Assembly: GCA_964016885.1 (NCBI GenBank)
Contig: OZ024742.1
Coordinates: 174,902,001-174,966,000, forward strand
DNA: 64,000 bases
DNA from: Eledone cirrhosa
Taxonomy: Eukaryota
Direction of reading: 5' to 3'
Shown in pieces: positions 54,875 through 64,000 of this stretch. The translations under genes and the position numbers were made by a program. Under the pieces are notes generated by a model. It had not been told where the DNA came from. It ran no database searches and was given only the letters and a program-made list of their open reading frames with translations. Each line of letters starts with the position of its first letter. Position 1 is the first letter of the stretch.

Positions 54875-54995
54875 GTGGAGGCGCGTGGCTGAGTGGTTAG
54901 AGAATTGGATTCACAATCATGAGGTCGTGAGTTCGATTCCCGAACCGGGCGATGCGTTATGTCCTTGAGCAAGACACTTTATTTTACGTTGCTCC
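54875..54995 (+). mobile_element. SINE 5' portion (tRNA head plus CORE-like domain)
   Basis: ggaggcgcgtggctgagtggttagag ... gtgagttcgattccc ... gtccttgagcaagacactt; 3'-truncated. Confidence 0.75.
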
Positions 54996-55106
54996 TTCTA
55001 CCTGGAGTTGCAACCGATAGATAGTATTAGCAATTGGAAAGACCAATGGAAACATTGTTTCCTCGGTCCAATTTGACGAAAGTCGATGGACTGTCGATAT
55101 ATATAT

Positions 55107-55639
55107 AAATATTTTCTAGATATATCCTTTAAAATGACGTGAAATATCAGGCTAATATTTCTCATATATATTTATACATATATACATATATATATATACA
55201 TACATATATATATGTATACATATACATATATATATATATAGATATATGTCTATATATATGTGTAACATATATATAGATATATGTATACATATATATAGAT
55301 ATATGACTATATATATATGTGTATACATATACATATATAGATATACATATACATATGCATATATAGATATATATATCTATACATATACATACATATGTAT
55401 ACATATCTATCTATATATATGTATATTTATACATATATCTATATATATATGTATACAACATATATCTATCTATATATGTACAGTATATGTATACCTATAT
55501 ATATAGATATATGTATACATATATATGTATGTATTTATATATATATATATATACATATGTATATATGTATAAATATATATGTGAGAAATATTAGCCTGAA
55601 ATTTCACGTCATTTTAAAAGATATATCTAGAAAATATTT
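55107..55639. repeat. Fold-back inverted repeat enclosing a degenerate (TA)-rich tract
   Basis: aaatattttctagatatatcctttaaaatgacgtgaaatatcaggctaatatttctca is mirrored at 55582-55639, and the symmetry continues into the microsatellite. Confidence 0.88.
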
Positions 55640-56044
55640 GTTTCTCTTGACATGAATTTAAAGTTTATATGCTGATGTAATGGTGATTAAGCAACAATAA
55701 TGACAGTAACAACAATGAGAGCAATAAAAATAACAACAACAATAATAATGAAAACACCAATAATCATAACAATAGCATTAATATCAACTACCATAACATT
55801 AAGAACATCAATAATAACAACTAAAACCCAACCTCCTACTTAAAAAGGGAAATGTGGAGTAAGCAATAACAAAACGAGGTGTAGCATTTGATGTATTTCA
55901 TCTCATATAAAATTTGTGAAGTCTTTCTTCTCACTATAAAATAAAACATTTAATATTCACATATCTGTACACACATTTATATATATATATATATATATGT
56001 ATATATAATGTGTGTATATCTTTCACTCTCTCTTTCTCTCTCTA

Positions 56045-56071
<27 letters not shown>

Positions 56072-56082
<11 letters not shown>

Positions 56083-56390
56083 AGAACAAAAGATGGTTAA
56101 AAGAGTTCCATGTATTTTATTATGCGCATTTCAAAAACAAATATCATCATGCAATAATATTTGTGTTTTCATCAGATAAAACAGGAAGACAAGATATGAA
56201 GGTTAAAAAACACTTGTGGATAGTGCAGTTTTAAATCAACATATATTGAAATGCGCATAATAAAATACATGGAACTCTTTTAACCATCTTTTGTTCTTAT
56301 ATATTATGTATACTCCAGTCCTACAAACTGTAGAGTGCTTCTTATCCGATATCTGCATTGCTTTATTGTACTACAATAAAACTCACCTCC

Positions 56391-56395
<5 letters not shown>
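56072..56395 (-). mobile_element. PLE-like minimal insertion: HHR plus inverted partial copy, in (TA)n
   Basis: 56072-56134 is the reverse complement of 56246-56308. (TA)n on both flanks. Confidence 0.75.
56114..56182 (-). ncRNA. Type I hammerhead ribozyme (AUA site, cleavage between 56121 and 56120)
   Basis: Minus strand: helix I gttttat/ataaaat; core CTGATGA; helix II aaacacaaatattatt/gatgatatttgttttt; GAAA; palindromic helix III ATGCGCAT. Confidence 0.85.
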
Positions 56396-56442
<47 letters not shown>

Positions 56443-58329
56443 AACATTTATGTATATTTCTTAATATAGATACGCACACATAAATATTTAAATGATTATT
56501 CTCATTAATAGGATTATTCATACTGAGAAACATACATATTTAAACATTTTGTTACAAACCCTCCCAAGAATACCTCAACATACATATCATCATCATCATC
56601 ATCATTTAACATCTATGTTCCACGCTAGCATGGATTAGACGGGAATTGTCCCACTTGAGGCAAGATTGATCAGGTGACGATATCTTGCTCATATAGGACT
56701 GTATCTGGCAGGTTTTTTACAGCTGGATGCCCTTCCTAACATCAACCACATTTGCAGTGTGGACTGGGTGCCTTTTTACTGCATCTCCTACATGGTATAT
56801 ATATATATATATAGCAAGGATTTTAATTATATCACACTTGAAACATGTAAAATATTAAACTTATTTAGTTAACATTCACTTTTACCTGCTAGGAAGGGTT
56901 GGATGGGTCATCACAGAAGAAGAAAGTACTTAATAGGATCTCAGTGATGTGAGCCAGAGAACCATATCTGCTTACATATGTTTGTGTTGTTTACCACAAG
57001 CACCAGGTGCATTTATCATTGCACCAGCACAAGAGTGGCTGTCATGTTGTTTGGTAGGTTTTCTATAGCTGGAAGCCCTTACCATTTTATATACATATAG
57101 ATGAATGAACAAATGAATAAAAATAACAATAAACTCATGATGCAGGAGTTAAATATGTATAATAAAAGCTTATTTTCTTATCATTAACACTTTCCATGCC
57201 AAAGTTCCTGAAACTACTGATAGTTCTGATACACATCTGTTTATTTTAAAGCATTTATATTTATCTAAAACCCTTCTATCATAATTCTATGTAAGAACTT
57301 TTAAGTTACATTCCAAACATCAGATAAATAATGAACAACTCTGTTATATTATAAAATCACAATACATTTTTGAATATTTTCAAAATTAATTGAAAATCAT
57401 TGGCAGTGTCTTTCATTAGAAATCTGGTAATGAAAAGGGTAAGATTTCGTATTGATTGTTTGTGACATTAACCCTTTTGAAATCCAAGTGCTTGAAATCA
57501 CTCCTATTTCTATGATTCATATCTGCTTATTTTAAATTGTATATATATATTGTATATATATATTTAAAAACCTACCATTATTATGTTATGTAGGGTGGTC
57601 AAATGGCAAAATCATTAGAGTACTGCACAAAATTATTTACGATATGTAGTTATGACTTTCTAATTCTGAGTTCAAATCACGCTCAAGTTGAACTTTGCAT
57701 TTCATCCTTCTCGTGTCATAGAATATAGTAGCAGTTGCATAGTGGGGTCAATATAAATGACATTCCCCTTCCCCCAAGTTATTGGCCTTGTGCCTAATTT
57801 AGAAACCATTATTCAATGTAAAAACTAGTGTTAAGTTACATTCCATGCACTAACTTAAAACTGAGACTGTTAGTCATTTTAGCTAAACCTTTCTAATTTT
57901 TTATTATTTTTAAAATTGTCTAAAAATTATACAAAAATATGGTAATGGTATACAAAAATATGGTAATGGAAATTGACAATGTCTTTAGAAAAGTGAATTA
58001 AATATTTATGTATTTGTTCTAGTTCTCTGCCTTGTGAGTTCAATCCTACCATAGACAACTTAGCTTTTCATTCTTTTGGGGTTAATAAATAAAGTACCTG
58101 TCCAGGAGTGGTGGATTGACTGAATAGTTAAAGAGTTGGAAGGAATATCAACTTTAGCTCATTTGCATTCCATGTCCATCATCACCACCACCATTTAATG
58201 TTGATTTTATATGCTGACATGGGTTAGTCAAATTTTCACATTCAAAGGTTAGGTAAAACAGATGACCATACATTTCATTTTTGGCATGGTTTCTGTAGCT
58301 GGATGCTCTTCTGTAGCTGGATGCATTTT

Positions 58330-58660
58330 TTTTTCATGGAAGCCACACTACCACTTTACTAGGTGTAGTAAGTACATCTTTTCATGGAAGCAGTACTACC
58401 ATTTTACAGATTGCACTGGGTGAATGTTTTATGGAACCAGCTTTACCACTTATTGGTTATGTTTTATATTGGCACCAACACTCATTTTTCCAAGTGGGCT
58501 GGGTAGGTTTTATCACAGTACTAACATAATCAATTCCCAGTGTTGGTTGGATGCATTTTATCAAAGCACCAACATGACCACTTGACTGAATGTACAGGGT
58601 GTTTTATAGTGGCACCAATCTATCTACTTTACTGTGTTGTATTTTATCATAGCACCAAGA
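58330..58660 (-). repeat. ~45-bp SINE-derived minisatellite, same type as 20030-20560 (another at about 52640-52870)
   Basis: Repeated ttttatcat.gcacca.cactacca.ttt.cag..tgtactgggt units. Confidence 0.6.
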
Positions 58661-59084
58661 CAAAGTCCAAATTTCACCTAGGGATTCAATCTCTACAGAT
58701 GGCCAGCGCTAATCATGGGGCAACAAGATGATAATTGATTCTATAAGGTACATTGTGTGGAAGAGGCTTCCATTTGAATAATGATAATTGTATTACCATT
58801 GGTTTCATAGACAGTAACCAATAAGTCTTTCTCCTCAGATTTGATAGATAAAAAAGTTTCTTGCCATATCTTCAGAGTTAGACAAGGGAAGGCAAATTCT
58901 TAATAAATATATATATATATATATAATAACCACGCACACACACACAAAAAAAAATACCAGTTCAATATGAGCAAGACAGTCGTATGATATCTGTTTTGTC
59001 TCACAATGGGCTAACTCATCTATCCCTTGCTAGCATAGAAAAATGGACGTTAAAGAGTGATGATGATATATATATATATGATAT

Positions 59085-60485
59085 ATTTTCTTTAGGTCGG
59101 TTTGGAAGCCTCAACAATGCAGATGGGTAATTCTCCGGGTAACAAGATCCGGTGGTGAAGAGAAAGATGTAAGTGAATGTAGAATGAGATGTATAGTGTG
59201 TAGAAGAACGTAGGAAAGAGCGTAACAAATAAAAATAATAACACGAGATAGAGTTACCTTGGGAGAGATTTACTTGTCCCTATATTTCGGATTCACATCC
59301 ATCAACTGGGTGTTTTCCGGGGGGGGATTTTCTATTGGATAGGTGTGATACGTGTCCTTCGCTGTTCGTTGTTTTGAATATCTGAGGTATACAGTAGAGT
59401 GCGCGGGAAATGGGGTCGGTCAAGCAGAGGTCGGCGGCCGAAATAGTTCTTTTAATTGTGGGAGTGGGGTGGCGTTAGCTGTCAATCCATTGTATTATCT
59501 TCCCGTGCTGGTTTCTGTATTAGCAGTGTTGAATAATGTGTGGTGGTGGTAGTATTCCCTGCCTGTTTGGTGAATGCTACTGTGTGTGTGCGTGTGGTGT
59601 TGTCTAGCTTGTGTGTGTGTGCGTGTGTTGTTGCCTCGTTTGTATTAGCAGTGTAGCATATTCGTATGGTGGAATGCTACTGTGTGTGTGTGCTTGTGTT
59701 GTCTCGCTTGTGTGTGTGTGTGTGTGTCTGCGTTGTTGCCTAGTTTGTTTATTTAAACCAACTACCTCATTTCGCTTCTCTCGGATCGATTATTTGTTTG
59801 TGGCCCTAGGCGTTTGATCCAAAGTGCTTCCTTGATTCGAAATGTACTGACGTTTCGTTCCATCGCTAGAACTGTGACAATGGGCCTTCCGTCTTTGTTT
59901 CCGCATTTGGTTATGTGTTTCCGGAAAGACGAGACCCTGGTGTTGATGTGCTCCTTGATCCGGATGTGTAGCGGCCGGATTGTGCTACCTATATAGTAGT
60001 GGTTGCACTTGTTACATTCTACCTTATACACGACGTATGTGCATAGGCAACAGTTCGTATGGCGCATCGGGCAGTTTCTGAGGGAGCACGCGTCACTCGA
60101 TTTCCCGGGTTTCCTGGAGGGGCATCTTCGCAGGGAGGGGCCTGAGTGGGCCAGGTGGATGTCGAGGCCATCCTTCCATATAGCCTTGCGGTTAGCGTTG
60201 GTGGTATTCTCGCCCAGGTGTGGTATTTTAAGGAAGCACTTGCCTTGGGTGTTTCTCTGCTTCTTGCGTCTGGTGTCTCTTATTCTGTTTGTGAGTGAGG
60301 CAGGGTACCCGTTCGTCTCCAGCACTTTGAGGAATCGCTTAGCGTTATACCATTTAAGTTGGTAGGCGGCTCGACAGAAGTTGGCTTCGATGTCGAGTTT
60401 GAGTCTGTCGTCGAGTCGTTGTGAGACAATGAATTTGGGTCCGAGGCGTAGGAGTTTCAAGAGTGCTGGTTAGGTCGGTGACAAT
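59085..60485 (-). mobile_element. Penelope-like element, internally deleted
   Basis: Contains the GIY-YIG ORF 59762-60460, a (CA)-rich 3' region and a decayed HHR-like motif at 59277-59310. Confidence 0.8.
59762..60460 (-). CDS. PLE GIY-YIG endonuclease ORF lacking the RT core
   Basis: LLRLGPKF (PLE N-terminal region) is joined to LETNGYP, then C-x4-C linker, VVYKVEC.KC..YYIGSTIRPLHIRIKEH and IKEALWI...P..N. Confidence 0.75.
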   Translation of the reverse strand: MKLLRLGPKFIVSQRLDDRLKLDIEANFCRAAYQLKWYNAKRFLKVLETNGYPASLTNRIRDTRRKKQRNTQGKCFLKIPHLGENTTNANRKAIWKDGLDIHLAHSGPSLRRCPSRKPGKSSDACSLRNCPMRHTNCCLCTYVVYKVECNKCNHYYIGSTIRPLHIRIKEHINTRVSSFRKHITKCGNKDGRPIVTVLAMERNVSTFRIKEALWIKRLGPQTNNRSERSEMR

Positions 60486-61201
60486 GTTATATTTAATATT
60501 CTTCAAACAAAAAGCAATAAATCAAAAACTAATACAATTCAAAAATCTACTAAACAATTAGTTCACACCCATAATAACAATCACAATGTTATAATTTCAT
60601 CTGATAACAATATCTACCCTCAAACTTCTATACATACCCAATATAATAAGAGGAATCCTTTTAGAAACCATAAAAGAAATGTAACATGGTATAACACTCC
60701 GTTTCAACTTGCAAACTATGGGCCAAATGCCTAAAAGATTTTTTTACAATTCTCGATAAGCATTTCCCACCTAACCACAAATACCATCAAATCTTAAACA
60801 GAAACACAGTAACATTTTCTTACTCCACATCGAGCAATATACAACAAAATATAAGTGCATATAACATCTATAAATGTAAAAAAGCTCCATCAATACCACA
60901 CACAAGATAACTATGGTAATACTACAACGCATAACCAGAATATTACTGCATACCCACCTGATAGATCCACTCACTCACCAGCACAATATAGGAGACTACA
61001 ACCTACTACTATCTTCCTCATCCTTAATAGGGACTAAGATTTACATACCCAATCTAACTAATAGCATCCAAAACAAACATAATTCCATAAACGCTATATC
61101 AAGTATAATTTCACTTACTAGCAACAATTCGGATTACCACCGTAAACCCTTCTCTCCCAAATAAAAAGGTAAACACAAATACTAGCACTATTATTGAGAA
61201 T

Positions 61202-61663
61202 ATGGATAGCACATCTGAAACCTTATATGCAAACGGTTGTAATTGTAGAATAAAAGATAATTGCCCCTTAAATGGAAATTGCTTAATTAATAATATAGTA
61301 TATAAATGTGTAATCACCACTAAAGACTCTAATCAATCCTATATAGGATCCACTTCTAATCCATTTAAATCGAGATTTTATGCATACACCCACAGTTCCC
61401 GAAACACAAAATTAGCAAATACCACTTCTTTAGCAGAAGCAGTTAATAATTGTAAAAAGAAGAATATTAAATATAACTTAACTTGGAAAATTCTTAGGAG
61501 AGCAATTTCTTATCAGGGCAATAGAAGGGAGTGCGGACTATGTTCCCAAGAAATTTTTGAAATTATTAACTCGAAGGACACTTTATTAAATAAAAGACAA
61601 GAATTAATTTTAGTATGTAACCATAAAATTAGAAGGACATTCAAATATTATAAATACAACTAA
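61202..61663 (+). CDS. PLE GIY-YIG endonuclease domain (C-terminal remnant)
   Basis: CNCRIKDNCPLNGNCL, IVYKC...YIGSTSNPFKSRF, WKIL, CGLC..E, LLNKRQEL...CNH. Confidence 0.8.
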   Translation: MDSTSETLYANGCNCRIKDNCPLNGNCLINNIVYKCVITTKDSNQSYIGSTSNPFKSRFYAYTHSSRNTKLANTTSLAEAVNNCKKKNIKYNLTWKILRRAISYQGNRRECGLCSQEIFEIINSKDTLLNKRQELILVCNHKIRRTFKYYKYN

Positions 61664-62177
61664 ACAAATATAGAAAAAGATATAGGTGAATAAATGTGTG
61701 AGTATAGGTGTGTGTGTGAATATGTATATCTGTGTGTGTATATGTATGTATATGCATAAATGTATGCCTATATATAAACATGTGTGAGTATACATGTGTA
61801 TATATTTTTTATATTATATATTTTTAGAACAAATTATTCCTCACTACAAAGAAATAACTAACTTTTTAAGATAGTTCTATTCCATTCTACTTGATGTAAC
61901 ACACTAATCGCAGTACCCCTTTTCCTCCAACCGTAATCTTCTTTGGACATCGACACTTTTATATACAATATGCCTAATTTCATTTACACTAGCAACTTTC
62001 ATTTCTTTTCTTAAAAGACATTTGATACCTTATCCACTGATGGCCTATTTATTCATCTATTACTACCAACCTTAAGGATTTATACTGCCCCTTTCCATTC
62101 TTAACATTGGTCAATTTCAACCTGGTTATAAAACCTTACTTATTCATATGTATGTTTTTTTGTATTCTTCAATAAAC

Positions 62178-62326
62178 AAAACTCATTATTTCTGAAGACT
62201 CCGGGTAGTGAAGACGTATGTATCTTTTTCTTACTATGATATTTTGTAATATGTTTTACATAGATCAATAATTGAATGAACATACAGAGAACTACCCCCA
62301 GAAACGATCGTAAAATAATGAGTTTT
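62178..62326 (+). ncRNA. Type I hammerhead ribozyme (GUA site, cleavage after 62312)
   Basis: 14-bp helix I aaaactcattattt/aaataatgagtttt; core CTGAAGA 62192-62198; helix II gggtagt/actaccc (base mispaired); GAAA 62301-62304; palindromic helix III ACGATCGT. Confidence 0.75.
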
Positions 62327-62489
62327 ACTATGAATTAACAGTTTTGTGTTTAATTTCATTGTTTTAATATTTCTATTTATATTTATATATATATATATAT
62401 GTGGGGGGGGGGGAGTCTAGTTTAGAATAGGTAGACCTGTATCACTTCATGTCATAAGAAGTAACTAAAAGTGTTAATGTCATAAATGT

Positions 62490-62740
62490 TAGTTGACATG
62501 TGATAAGCATTAACAATGATCACTGGGTGAAGAGGTGCCAAGAAATCCCAGTGGAAGGAAGCCTCAGTAGAAGTAGCTCAAGAAACACCCAGGCAGAGTT
62601 TGTGAGAGTTGACCTCAAATCACTGAAACTCACAGAGTAGATGACAAAGGAATTTAATGAGATGTTGTTGTGAGAAGTACCTGTCCAACCCATGTACGAA
62701 TAGAAAAATAGACATAAAAATGATGAGGTGGAGGATGATA
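62490..62740 (+). mobile_element. RTE LINE 3' fragment
   Basis: Aligns by eye to 12030-12280. Confidence 0.6.
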
Positions 62741-63439
62741 ATATATATATGTAGTGAGAGAGAGAATATTGAGAACTTCAAATTATTTTTTTTACTATGG
62801 AAAATAGTCTAACAAATTGGGCATAAAAGCCCCTGGACAGAGAGATGATCATTATATTGAGTCAATTACATTTCAAATTCTCCCAGTGCTTCTTAAGTCA
62901 ACTGATTTGTATATATGTATGTATATGTATATATATATATATATATGTAATCATACATGATACCAAGTTTGCACAATGTTTAAGGACTGTAAACCTGTGG
63001 GATATAGTGTTGCGAATATTGAGAGAATATATAATTGGAAGCAGAAAATAGCATTAGATTCATAGGTTTATGCTGAATCAAGAAAATTGAATGAAAGGCT
63101 ACATATATCAAACATGTAACATCTGATTTCAAAATGGGAAGAATTCTATGGATTGAATGAACTTATCTAGCTTTTATTAGCTATGTTACCTCAAGGTAAA
63201 CAATTAGTCTGATTCATCACATATACACACTTTCTATCTCCCTCTGTGTATGTGTGTTTATGTTTGCATATATATGTTTGTGTGTATATATATATGTATG
63301 TGTATGTATATATGTATGTATGTTTGTGTATATATATATAGATATATAGATAGATAGATAGATATATAGATAGATAGATAGAGAGATAGATACATGAGAG
63401 ATATTGAAATGGAAATGATTCATGAACTAAACTTCTTAA

Positions 63440-63850
63440 TCATCATTTTACTTCCATGTTTCCATGGGTTAGATGAGTCCTTTCCAGTACAGCATCACTC
63501 CACTTGTATATTTCCGTTGTTAATTCTTTTGAGAGATTTCATTTCTTAAGATCGGCTATAGCTACTTCTACCCATGTATTTTTTAGTCATTCTCTACTAC
63601 AACTTCCTCCCATGTGGAGTTTCGGGCAATTCTTTGTTCAACAATCATCATCCATAATCATTACATGTCTCCACAACCATAATATACTCTTTTGCATGCA
63701 ACATCCAACTTATGATCAGTTTCTTTTCTCATCCTATTTATGCTTTGTCATTCATGTACACTAAAATTACACATCCAGCAGCGCAGGACAATTCGTTTCT
63801 CTCCAACCATCGCATATCGGTTGTCTTTACTGTCCAAGCCTCACTTTACT
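63440..63850 (-). mobile_element. RTE LINE 3' fragment, decayed
   Basis: Minus strand reads SEAWTVKTTDMRWLERNE, an RTE C-terminal motif, with a catcattttac tail near 63440. Confidence 0.55.
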
Positions 63851-64000
63851 GTCCAAGTTTGTCAACCAAAATATATAAATATATATATATATATTTATAT
63901 ATATATATATATATATATATAAATTATTAAAAAAATAATGAATAAACAAAGAAACAGTTCCTTATATTAAACAAAAAAAGTTCATTATTTTACGATCGTT

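Larger units (their letters stand above)
60490..62390 (+). mobile_element. Penelope-like element 3' half (second family), with HHR
   Basis: Frame-broken RNVTWYN...LDKHFPPNHKYHQILNRNTVTFSYS (~60670-60830), GIY-YIG ORF 61202-61663, HHR 62178-62326, ends at (TA)n. Confidence 0.85.

Noticed and set aside
54875-54950. tRNA gene
   Set aside because: A and B boxes are present, but the sequence runs into the SINE CORE-like domain and lacks a proper acceptor stem. It is a SINE head.
59277-59310. Active HHR in the minus-strand PLE
   Set aside because: Helix II (ggat/atcc) and GAAA-tata are present, but the core reads CAGTTGA with non-compensatory changes. Treated as decayed.

Overview
AT-rich, repeat-saturated eukaryotic DNA with no confidently identifiable host gene. 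The SINE/LINE repertoire and (TA)n/(TAA)n load look like an octopod or other mollusc genome (inference). It holds decayed RTE, R4/Dong-type (RLE) and Tx1/L1-like LINEs, two tRNA-derived SINE families, a complete non-autonomous Helitron, TTAA- and TA-flanked MITEs, mini/microsatellites and several Penelope-like element (PLE) remnants. The most striking signal is non-coding. At least five unrelated type I hammerhead ribozyme (HHR) families lie in or beside (TA)n tracts, each with its own palindromic helix III and mostly with a partial inverted copy at one end. The best example is a near-identical 4.5-copy, 595-bp tandem array (29842-32538) with five HHRs carrying a U3-A8 core variant. These are predicted to release 595-nt monomers (retrozyme/PLE-pLTR-like, possibly circular RNA). 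All structures were folded by eye; no database searches were run.
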